NCBI RefSeq assembly: GCF_006345805.1 | Contig: NC_042997.1 | Location: 182,032,001 to 182,096,000 of the forward strand | DNA length: 64,000 nt | Reading direction: 5' to 3' | Origin: Octopus sinensis | Taxonomy: Eukaryota | Shown: positions 25,664-38,703 of the stretch, in pieces | Layout of the letters: each line of letters opens with the position of its first letter | Numbering within the stretch: the stretch's first letter is position 1 | Translations under genes and position numbers: made by a program | Notes under the pieces: model-generated | Databases searched by the model: none | What the model was told of the DNA's origin: nothing | What the model saw: only the letters and a program-made list of their open reading frames with translations

Positions 25664-28600
25664 TACATACATACATACATACATATGTATGTACATATAT
25701 ATGTGTGTGTGTGTGTGTCTGTGTGTAGCAATTATTTTTGTAAATTATAGCATATAATTGTCACACCTAGATGTCCTCCAGCAACATATTCTGGTAATTA
25801 CCAGCTTAACAAACAAGAAAGTTGAGAGAAAACATTGAAATATCTTAGCTCATAGACGTCCAAGTTTCAGTTCAAAATGGTGGTTTTCTTCAGTTCTGGA
25901 TCAGCCAAAATCAAGCAGACATATGGCCATCTTGTCTTTTTCTACAGCCCGAACAATAATGTTTGGGGTATTTTTTAAGATGGTCAGATATAGTTTCAAG
26001 GAGATTTGGTTGCTGTTTCTAACAGTTTGAGCTACCATATAAAGGCACCTTTGTGGTGTTAAGTTGAGAAGAGGTTTTTCTTGAATATGATTTATATTTA
26101 TAAATATAATTAAATATAGATATATAGTGGTAAGCAAGGCTTTGTGGTAAGAAGCAGGCTGCTCAACCACATGGTTTTTGGGTTCAATTCCACTGCATGG
26201 TACCTTGAACAAGTGTCTTCTACTATGGCTTCTCTCTCTATTTTTCTCTCTCTCTCTCAACATTATAATTTAATGTTTGAGAGGAGCTGGTAATCTAGAA
26301 GACTATACCAAGTTTCACTGTCTGTTTTGGCATAGTTTTCATGGCTGGATGCCCTTCCCAATGATACTGTTACTTGCATATTTTTGAAGCATATACATAC
26401 ATACATGCATGCATATATAACACATACATATATAACATATATACATTCATATATACATATACATACATAAGGCGGCGAGCTGGCAGAATCGTTAGCTCAC
26501 CGGGCGAAATGCTTAGCGGTATTTCGTCTGCCGCTACGTTCTGGGTTCAAATTCCGCCGAGGTCGACTTTGCCTTTCATCCTTTCGGGGTCGATTAAATA
26601 AGTACCAGTTACGCACTGGGGTCACTGTAATCGACTTAATCCGTTTGTCTGTCCTTGTTTGTCCTCTCTGTATTTAGCCCCTTGTGGGTAGTAAAGAAAT
26701 AAGTATTTCGTCTGCCGCTACGTTCTGAGTTGAAATTCCGCCGAGGTCGACTTTGCCTTTCATCCTTTCGGTGGTCGATAAATTAAGTACCAGTTACGCA
26801 CCGAGGTCGATATAATTGACCTAATCCGTTTGCCTGTCCTTGTTTGTCCCCTCTGTGTTTAGCCGCTTGTGGGCAGTAAAGAAATAATATACATATACAT
26901 ACGTATATAATACATACATATATACAGCAGGAGTGGTTGTGTGGTAAGTAGCTTGCTTATCAACCACATGGTTCTGGTTTCAGTCCCATTGCGTGGCACC
27001 TTCGGCAAGTGTCCTCAACTATAGCCTTGGGCCGACCAATGCCTTGTGAGTGGATTTGGTAGACGGAAACTGAAAGAAGCCCGGCGTATATATATGTGTG
27101 TGTATGTGTTTGCGTATCTGTGTTTGTCCTCCCAACATCGCTTGACAACCGATGCTGGTGTGTTTACGTCCCCGCCACTAGCGGTTCGGCAAAAAGAGAC
27201 CGATAGAATAAGTACTAAGTTTACAAAGAATAAGTCCTGTGGTCGATTTGCTCCACTGAAGGTGGTGCTCCAGCATGGCCACAGTCAAATGACTGAAACA
27301 AGTAAAAGAGTATACATAGATACATACACAGATGTTCACACACAAATACACACTCACACACACACACACACCACACACACTCACATACACACACACACAC
27401 ATATATTGCTTAGCATTTTTTCACGTTTTGCATTCCTTGCTTCTTTAACAAGGCAATATTCCCATTGCTGATTGAGATCAAGCTTGTGTCAGTCATCTGC
27501 CAACTTTTCCTCTTAAGGGTTTTATTTGAAGTTTCAATTCCAGAAAATCATTTCTCAGTATGGCCTTGTTGATGATAGCTCAATTAACTTTGTTTCTTTC
27601 CTTTATCTTCCCAAATTTTGCATGATGGAAACCATTATCACCGTCGCTGCTGCCACTGCCATTGCCACAACGACGACGACGACGACGACGACGACCACCA
27701 CCACCACCACCACCATCGCCGCCACCACCACCACCACCACCACCACCACCACCACCACCACCACCATCGCCATCGCCGCCACCACCACCACCACCATCGC
27801 CATCGCCGCCACCACCACCACCACCACCACCACCACCACCATCGCCACCACCATCATGACTACCACCACCACCACTACCACCATCGCCATCGCCGCCACC
27901 ACCACCACCACCACCACCACCAACCACCACACCACCACCATCGCCACCACCATCATGACTACCACCACCACCACTACCACCATCGCCATCGCGCCACCAC
28001 CACCACCACCACCACCACCATCGCCACCACCATCATGACTACCACCACCACCACTACCACCATCATGACCATAACGTCGACGACCACTACCATCACCACT
28101 ATCACCACCATCACCAGCACCATCACTACTATCATGACCACAACGACGTCGATGATGACGACGACAACGACTACCACCACCACCACACAACCATCGCCAC
28201 CACCATCATGACTACCACCACCACCACAACCACCATGACCATAACGACGGCGACCACTACCATCACCACTATCACCACCACTACTATCATCACCATAACG
28301 ACGGTGATGACGACAACCACCACCAGTACCACTATCACCACCACCACCATCATGACTACCACCACCACCACACCACCACCACCACCACCATCATCATGAC
28401 CATAACGACGGTGATGACGACAACCACCACCAGTACCACTATCACCACCACCACCATCACCACTACTATCATGACCACAACGACGACGACGACCACCACC
28501 ACCACCATCACCATCTTAACATCATCCATACAAATCAATTTCTTGCAAGCCGAGCAGTGGAGTATCTTAAACGTGCGTCACCCAGGGCAGCCCTTGAGTT

Positions 28601-30649
28601 TGCCGACTCTCCCCACCCCCACCCGACACAAGCCAGTCCATGCTACACAGGCTTATACGGCAAACCCTAAAGTTGCATCTCTATCAAAGCGTCGTTCGTG
28701 GTGGATTCCAGCCCCCAACGCACCCACCTACGCTACAACAGCTGAGTACCCCTTTATGTTCTCCTCGTTGGGTCGATTTCTGCCATGATGGTTGAGCGGA
28801 AGGTCACTGCTGAAGATGAGGACGACGAAACTGGCTTGGTTAAACACACCAACACTAATTATGAGGTCGTAGATTGGTGGTAAGCACTGGGTTGGATAAA
28901 GTAACCAATCCACTCTCTCATATTGATACTTTCCTTTTGATTGACTCCGAAAGAATAAAATCGATCTCGGCGGGATTCGAACTCAGAATATAAAAAAAGA
29001 AAAAATGCGGCTAAGCGTAGGAGTGGTTGTGTGGTAAGTAGCTTGCTTACGAACCACATGGTTCCGGGTTCAGTCCCACTGCGTGGCACCTTGGGCAAGT
29101 GTCTTCTACTATAGCCTCGGGCCGACCAAAGCCTTCTGAGTGGATTTGGTAGACGGAAACTGAAAGAAGCCCGTCGTTGTGTGTCTGTGTCCCCACAACA
29201 TCGCTTGACAACCGATGCTGGTGTGTTTACGTCCCCGTAACTTAGCGGTTCGGCAAAAGAGACCGATAAAATAAGTTCTAGGCTTACAAAGAATAAGTCC
29301 TGGGGTCGGTTTGCTCGACTAAAAGGCGGTGCACCAGCATGGCCGCAGTCAAATGACTGAAACAAGTAAATGAGTACTAAGCATTTTCTGCGATGCGCTA
29401 GCGATTTTTCCAGCTCGCTGCTTTGTGTTTCGAATTACGGCACAAGGCCGACAAATTAAGGGGTAAGAGGTTAGTCGATGATACTGGTTTCAATTTTTGG
29501 CACCAGGCCAGCAATTTCGGAGGAGATTCTAATTTGATTATATCGACCCCAGTACTTTTTTTTTATCTACCTCGAAAGGATGAAAGCAAAGATGAGTTCG
29601 GCACAAGGTCAGCAAGTTCGTGGAGGAGGGAATGAGTCAATTACATCGACTCCACTGTTCATCCGGTAGTATAAAGTCGATCCCCGGTGGCATTTGAACT
29701 CAGAACGTAAAGACAGACGAAATACCACTGAGAATTTTTCCCGGCGCGCTAACGGTTCGGCCAGCTCACCGCCTTGTTAGACGATAATATTAGTTTCAAA
29801 TTTTAGCACAAGGCCAGCGAAATCGGGATGGGCGTAGGGTAAGTCGCTTACGTCCACCCCAGTGTTTCACTGGTATTTATTTTATCGAGCCTGAAAGGAT
29901 GAAAGGCAAAATCAACCTCGTTGGAATTTGAACTCAGAACGTAAAAACGGACGAAATGCCCCTAAGCATTTTGCCCGGCGTGCTAACGATTCTGTCAGCT
30001 CGCTGACTTTGTTAATCTATAACATTGACCACAGAACTTGATTGGTACGTTCAGGCGGAGGACAGATGCAAAACTAATTCAAAATAGGAATACGAATGCA
30101 AACTGAGTCAATGTTTAGATGGAATATGTTGGTCATAGTTCTTTTAGCATATAAGTTACAACAAAGGTTCATTGAAGGTAGATAGATTGATAGATAGATA
30201 GATAGATAGATAGATGGATAGATAGATAGATAGATAGATAGAGAGGTAGATAGAGAGGTAGATAGATAGATTGATAAATAGAATACAGACAGACAGACTG
30301 ATAGATAGATATAGAGATAGACAGACAGATAGATATGTTTCTTTATTAGCCATACAGGGCTGAACACAGACGGGACAAATTACAAGGTAGAGCTTTTCTT
30401 TTGGGGGAGAAAAAAATGGGGAGGGGGGGTTCGATCAAAAGGGATCGTAAAAAAAAAACGAAAAAAAAACGATCATTATGGATCATGTATTACAGAAATG
30501 TCATGATATAAAGTGTAAAGGGGAAAACAGATAAGGTTTATCCGTGGAAAAAGAAGCTTACGGAAAAGACCACGGTAACCTCGGTTAATAATGTCACATG
30601 TTAACACATTTATTTGCAAGTAAGTAACTTTCTGTTTTAAATTAGAGGC

Positions 30650-30725
<76 letters not shown>

Positions 30726-32163
30726 AAGGGCACTAATAAACGAATAAGCCCACTAAAATGTCGTATTTCACTGTGAATGAGTACTACAACCTTTGAAAAC
30801 GATCTACAGCCACGCATAAAAACAAAACAAAACAAAAAAGAACGAAAATAAAACAATAATACAAAATCAAAAAATAAAAATAAAGGTTATCTTGAATGGA
30901 AAATGGCGACAACTTACAGCGCGGAGTGGCTTTGCAATTTTACTTCTCGCATGTGAGTTTGCTAAGTTAACGACCAAGACATTTAGAAATGTTGACAGAG
31001 TTAGAATAGCCAAATTGAAACACAAGTAAATACCTGTAAACAGTAAAAGAAGTAAAAAAAAAAAAGGAAAATTTAATGGAAAATACGGAGCGATTTTAAA
31101 TAAACAAACGAAGAATAATGGTCGAAATATACATTTGCTGCGTGGAAGGTGTTTATAAGCCATTTAAGAAACACACAGAAACCATTAGATTCACTTCAAC
31201 ATTTAAATTTAATTTGTCAAAATATTTTCGTTGCTTTGAGATCGCGACCTGTTCACTGACAAAACTTCGACCTGTTCATTGACAAAACAGCACGAAGTTT
31301 TGTCAGTCGCGGTCTCAAAGCGACGAAAATATTTTGACAAATTAAATTTAGATGTTGAAGTGAATCTAACTGTTTTTGTGTGTTTCTTAAATGGCTTATA
31401 AACACCTTCCACGCTGCTATTGTTTTCGTTCCAGCACACGATCTTAGATCAGGTCACTTGCTATGCAAGTACATCTTCGTAAAATAAATATACATTGTCT
31501 TAGTTAAACGATTTTAATTTGTAAATAAATAAACAAGTAAATACTAAAATAAAATATGATAAAAATACAATACGCGTACGTACGTACGTACATACATACA
31601 TACATACATACATACATACATACATACATACATACATACATACATGCATACATACCGTATTTTAACGTGTATAAGGAACTCTTTATTGTCAAAAATTAGG
31701 TTTAAAAAATATGGGAGTTTCTTATACATGAATCCCTTACAAAATCCCTTACAAAACCTTTTTAACAAATTTTAAGCCTTCCAAATTAGGGGATTCCTTA
31801 TTGCAAAATATAAGAAGGGGTTGGTAATACATTAATGAATAGAACAAGTTTTATTTTTGACGTAGAAGGTAAACATAGATGAAAAGTATGTTTTCATATA
31901 TATATATAAAAAAAGTGCGGAGAATGAAATTTTAGCGAAAATCTTTCGTATCAAAGAATTTTTTCGTATAAAATATTTTTACGCAATAGATTTTAGAGCA
32001 TGTTTTAACCAAGAAATATTGCTGGAAGAAAAAAAAATCATAATTTTCTAACAGGTTTCACTGTCATCAGTTTTTTTTACGTGTTTAAAGTATGTTTTTC
32101 AACATTCCCCCCGCTACCATATATGTATATGCATATATGGTGTGTATTTTTATATGTAGATGT

Positions 32164-32258
<95 letters not shown>

Positions 32259-35200
32259 TATTAGAGACAAAACCACTATTTTGCAAAACAAACAAGGAAG
32301 ACTTAATCAATACATAAAATTTTAATAAATAGTCAAAAAAACCGCCACTACAATCGTTTCTTGTCTTGATCGACAATCTTCAGGTGGACTTCCAATCTAA
32401 AAATCAAAATTTTAAAATATAAAAATAATAATTTTAAATAATTAAAGTTAAATGAAAAATATAAGTATATAATCCATATATAACCTATATATAATCCATA
32501 TCGAAAATATAGACAAATTACCACGATTCCCTAAAAAAAAAAAAAAAAACCATGATAAAACAAAACTCTTAAAAACATATAACGATAAAAAATCCCTTTG
32601 CTAAACTCTAAAACAAACCTATATAGTAATCCCCTAACCTAAACATTCGCACACAATACACACACGAAACCACAGACCCACGACTTATACACATACCTAT
32701 ACTAACTTATAAACCTCAATATACACCAAACCCACTCCCTCCCCACACAGACAAATTAACACATACATCCCAGTAGTAATGTTAAAATATGAGTTGGATA
32801 ATAAAACTGAACCTTATGTACCTCTGCACCCCAGAATTACTCTTAAGGACCAAAAGATAATTTTTTTATTCAGACCCTAAAGTTAGATTAATTTGCCCAT
32901 GTAAATCGGACCTAGGTAAATTAAGTATTTATTTTAGATAAATATATTGATAAGTTAAATAAACTTAATTATTTAAAATTATGGTTTAGTAATAATAATA
33001 CATTGAAATGGTTTAATAATATTAAAGATAAAAATCGTTATAAATTTATTCAAATAGATATAGATAATTATTATTCTTCTATTAATGAAATTGTGTTTAA
33101 TAAAGCGCTTATTTTCGCAATGAATAAAGTGGGCATGTCACGGGAAGAAGTAATGTAATTAAAATGGCTAGGAAATCGCTAATTAAATATAAAAATAAAT
33201 TATGGGCTAGGAATGATACTAGAGATTGTTTTGATATACCTATGGGAGCACCAGATTCTGCACAGGCTACTGATTTAGTAGGTATTTTTCTTTTATCTGA
33301 ACTCCAATTAGAAAATCTTAAGATAGAGGGTGGTTTATATAGAGACGATCTACTAATTCAAAGAATTGTACTAATAGGAATCTAGAAGTATATAAGAAAA
33401 AACTATATAGTTTCTTTAAAAGATATGGTTACGTATTACTATTTATAAGGAGAATTATAATGTTAATTATTTAGATGTTAATTTTAATCTTATTACAGGT
33501 AAAACACAACCATATCATAAACTTAATGAGAACCTTAGATATATAAATGTTAATAGTAATCACCCATTTTCTATTAAAAATCGTTGATTAATAATATAAG
33601 TAAACGTATTTCATTACTCTCTTATGATATAGAGATTTTTAATAAACATGCTAATTATTATAATGAGGCCCTTAGAGGGGCAGGTTATAATAGGAATATT
33701 AAATTTTATAATATTAGCGATAAAGATTTAATTGTTAATTTTCGAGATACTTCTAATAATAATTTTAATTTTGTTAGTTAGTGGTAAAAATAATAGATAT
33801 TATAAAAAAATAATAAAAATGATAAAAATATAAATAAGAATAATAATAATAATAATAAATATAATAATAATAATATAAATAAGAATAATATAAATAAAAA
33901 TAAATTTAATAATTATTATAATAATTATATTGATAAATTTAATAATATTAATAATTCCTTAAATGCTGTACATAGATATAATTCTGATAATAATTTTTAT
34001 AAAAAAGAATTATAAATATATTTATAATAATGATAATAATAATAAGGTTAATAAGAATAAAATTTGGTTAATAGTTCCTTATGGAGATCAAGTAAAAACG
34101 AATATTATTAAAGAGATTTTAGATGTTATAGAACTATTTATTAGAGATAATCGTAAATATAGAACATTTTCTCTTTTAATAATTTTGGAGTTGGTTACTC
34201 TACCACTAATAATGTTGGTAACATTATTTCTTCATTTATAAATATAAACTGAATAATTTTTATAAAAAGAAATTATTTGATAATAATATTAATAATGATA
34301 AGACTTATATTAATTGTACATGTAGAGATAAATCTAATTGTATATTAAATAATAATTGTGATATTAACGATGTAGTGTATAAATGTATAGTTACATTACA
34401 TGATAATAACTTTAAGAATAATAATTACACAAAAGCGGTTTATATAGGTTCTACTTCCTCAAAAATAAAACTAAGAATCGCACAACATATGAATTCTTTT
34501 AAAAATAAAAACTTAATCAACTCAACCGGACTTAGTAAGTACATTTGGAGTCTTAAATCACTAAATATTAATTATAGTTTAATATGGGAAATAATTTGTA
34601 AAACTAAATCATATAATATAGGAGCTAATTGTTGTTATTTATGCTCTAATGAGTTTAAAGAAATTTTATTTTATAAGTATGATAATTTACTTAATACTGG
34701 TGAAGAGCGCAAAATAAAATGCAGACACAAGTTACTTTACCTATATAATAAGTTTCATGATAAATAGCAATAATAGTTCCCTTTTAGGTTACTTTAGTTA
34801 GTTTAAAATAGTTTAGATAATATATTTTTGTTATGTTGTCTAGGCTTTAATTATAGTTAGTCTTTATTGATATTTCTTTGTTTTAATTAGTTCATTTTTA
34901 ATGTATATTAATTTAACAGTTTATGGTACGTTAAAACTTTAATAATTTATATTAGATTTTTTTATTTTTTTATTTTTATTTTTTTATTTTATTATGTATT
35001 TTTATTTTGCATTTGTTATATGTATTGGAGGATATATTTATATGATTTGGGGTGTTATTTAGTGGTTTTTTATTGAGTTTTGTATGTATGTGTGAATGTT
35101 TAAGATCCCTTTGTTTTTTGTTTTTTATTTGGTGTTGAATTGACAGATTTTATTTGGGTATTGTCTTTTATAATAAAGTACACACACCCATAACAAATAT

Positions 35201-38200
35201 AAGTGCCCACTTCATTCGTTGTACTTGGGATTGCATGTGAGGCCTCAGCATATGCACCTAACGGCCACTCCCGCCCCACATGGATAAATAAACACATACA
35301 TCCCCAAAAATGGGAGTAATCCCATTCACACCAATTATATGTATACAATTATACACATTAGAATAATACATAACTAACCCAATATACAGAACATACTAAT
35401 AATCACCAACTAACCACCACATCACAATGAAACCCACACCCATACAATGACAAAACTCCCCCCATACCCTATTTACACCACATAGTAATCCCAATATATT
35501 CATCCATACATGGACGCAAGTGCGTGAAGCACATGCACATAATTAGTACGTACAACCCTAATACACACTAATATATACGTATCAAGCTCGACCTCCACAG
35601 CGATACGTTTACACCCACTCACACCCAGATGGGTGAATTGCACAACCAGTGAATGCTCACACACACGGGCGCGATTACATTGTTGCATATATCGAGCCAA
35701 AATAGTATGCATATGTACATGTGAGGGGTACACGCAAATGAAGTGAGCGTGTACCCCCTGCATTTATACCCGTGCGTGAATATACACATGGAGACTACCA
35801 CACAGGTACAATTGTTTAGAAATGGGAGCCCCATCACTACACTTAATGTATACTCTCACCCATCCGCACGGATGTGTAAGTGTATCTCCGGTGTATATGT
35901 TGAGGCTTATATGTAGCGTTGTGGAAGGAACGTCGTTTAAATTGTGAATGATGGGTGGAGTTGGAATTGTAACCGGGTGGTGGACTAGCGTTGCTTGGAA
36001 TTGTGAATGGATTAGTGTGGTTTTGAGGTATGCATCGAGAATAGTTATGGGTTACTGTAAGTTGTTTGTTAGAGCTGCTAGGGTGAGCTAAAGCTCATAA
36101 ATGTATATAATGATTTTCATGGTAGTTTTTAAAGAATCCATTCATAATAAATTTTTTTTAAGTAGCGTTGGTTTGCTACGTGGATATAGTTTTTAGTTCC
36201 ATTTATTATATTTCTCTATTCATATTTTGAATGACGTTTACTTTCTATGGCGCGTATTCTTTTTTTACATAAGTTATTTCTATGGTAACGTAATTTTTGT
36301 TTGGTTTTTTAACGGCTAAGAATTTAATTTCACTTCATAATTTGTAACTGAATTGTAAGTATGTATTTGATTTATCTTTATGTCATATTGTTATTTTTGA
36401 TATTCTGGTTAATTACGAAGTATTTAATGTTGTTTTCATAGGAGTGTTTATGTATATGAGATTGGTTGTGAGTTTTTAGTGTATAATTAATTTATTTATC
36501 TGTATGAGTGTGGGTGTGTAAGTATTGTTGTATATATTGAGTTTAGTGAGTATGTATATGCGTATATGTGAGGGAGTATATGTATCTGTTGTGTGTGTGT
36601 GTTTGTGTGTGTGTGTGTTTGTGTGTGAATGTTATTTGGGTTTGTTATTTAGGTTTTGGGATGTATGTGTTAATTTGTCTGTGTGGGAGGGAGTGGGTTT
36701 GGGTGTATTTTGAGGTTTATAAGTTAGTATAGGTTTGTGTATAAGTCTTGGTCTGTGGTTTACGTGTGTGTATTTGTGTGTGAATGTTTAGGTTAGGGGG
36801 ATTGCTATATAAGTTTGTTATAGGGTTTAGCAAAGGGAGATTTTATCGTTATATGCTTTTATGAGTTTTGGTTTATCATGGTTTTTTTAGGTAATTCGTG
36901 GTAATTTGTCTATTTTCGATGTTGGTTATTTTTTTACATTGTTTCATTCATAATTTTTGAGTGGTGTTCGTTTTGCCACGTGAATAACCGGGTGGTGGAC
37001 TAGCGTTGCTTGGAATTGTGAATGGAATAGTGTAGTAGTGAGGTAGGCATAGAGAATGGATTGGTTACTGCAAGTTGTTTGTTAGAGCTGCTAAGGTGAG
37101 TTAAAGCTCATAAATGTATTTAATGATTTTTGTGGGGTGGTAAGTATTGTTGTATATGTCGAGTTTAGTGAGTATGTATATGCGTATATGTGAGGGAGTA
37201 TATGTATCTGTTGTGTGTGCGTGTTTTGCGTGTGTGTGTGTGTTTTTGTGTGAATGTGTATATGGGTTTGTTATTTAGGTTTTGGGATGTATGTGTTAAT
37301 TTGTCTGTGTGGGGAGGGAGTGGGTTTTGGTGTATATTGAGGTTTATATAAGTTAGTATAGGTATGTGTATAAGTCGTGGGTCTGTGGTTTACGTGTGTG
37401 TATTTGTGTGCGAATGTTAGGTTAGGGGGATTACTATATAGGTTTGTTTTAGAGTTAGCAAAGGGAGATTTTATCGTTATATGTTTTTAAGAGTTTTGTT
37501 TATCATGGTTTTTTTTTTTTTTTTTTTTAGGGAATTCGTGGTAATTTGTCTATATTTTCGATATGGATTATATATAGGTTATATATGGATTATATACTTA
37601 TATTTTTTCATTTATACTTTAATTATTAAAATTATTATTTTTATATTTTAAAATTTTGATTTTTTAGATTGGAAGTCCACCTGAAGATTGTCGATCAAGA
37701 CAAGAACGATTGTAGTGGCGGTTTTTTTGACTATTTATTAAAATTTTATGTATTGATTAAGTCTTTCCTTGTTTGTTTTGCAAAATAGTGGTTTTGTCTC
37801 TAATAATATTTTATATATTTCTATAAAATTGGATTTAATCCTAAATCTGATTTTTTTCCCTGTAATTTGGATTTATTCCCTAATATTTATTATTATATAT
37901 ATATATTATATATAATATATATATATTATATATATATATATAATAAACATTATGGTGAATTGAAGAATGGAGCTGAACGCAGATTGAACAGAAATCGTTT
38001 TATTTCATTCTACACGTGTTTCGAAAGGCACAAATTACCAAACCGATTGAATAATGGGACCATTCAATCGGATTTTGGTAATTTGTGCCTTTCGAAACAC
38101 GTGTAGAATGAAATAAAACGATTTCTGTTCAATCTGCGTTCAGGTCCATTTCTTCAATTCACCAATAATGTTTTAATTTCAATTATCCGCACCAACGCAC

Positions 38201-38320
38201 GGTTGCAACGCCAGATGGTTGTACCTCCAACCGTGCTGTTTACTGCTGTGATTTTTGCTACTAAGGTATCGTTAAACTTTTGATTAATCTACTACAAGAT
38301 TATTCATCTTTCTATTTCAC

Positions 38321-38360
<40 letters not shown>

Positions 38361-38644
38361 AAAGGGTAATAATATAGATTACTACCAGTGGCTCAGCACA
38401 AAAGACGAATTAGTCATTAGACAAAATATTATTCATATAGAAAAATATTATTCATGTAGAAATATAATTAAGGGCTCCTAAATAAGGATGCCAAGTGCTG
38501 GAACACAAAATGGAGATAAACTTATCGAGAGTGAAATGTTTTTGATTTTCACTCTCGATAAGTTTATCTCCTTTTTGTGTTCCCAGCACTTGGCATCCTT
38601 ATATATATATATATAATATAGAGATATACACATACATATATATG

Positions 38645-38703
<59 letters not shown>

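Larger units (their letters stand above)
32251..37813 (+). mobile_element. Penelope-like retroelement, 5'-truncated and decayed; RT and GIY-YIG remnants at about 32800-34767, long 3' region and an inverted copy of the 3' end at 32251-32772
   Basis: RT motifs ITLKD...RLICPCKSDLG, FIQIDIDNYYSSI, IPMGAPDS and LYRDD; GIY-YIG region VYKC...VYIGST...RIAQH...LSKYIW...CYLC. 32251-32772 is the reverse complement of about 37283-37813. Direct repeats at about 35970-36930 and 36986-37565. Confidence 0.9.

Noticed and set aside
27526-28788. Thr-rich mucin-like and His/Gly-rich ORFs
   Set aside because: All frames are open only because of trinucleotide repeats. There is no signal peptide or splice support, and the region is inside a receptor intron.
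32040-32075. CTGATGA...GAAA on the minus strand
   Set aside because: No stem II or stem I pairing, so not a hammerhead.
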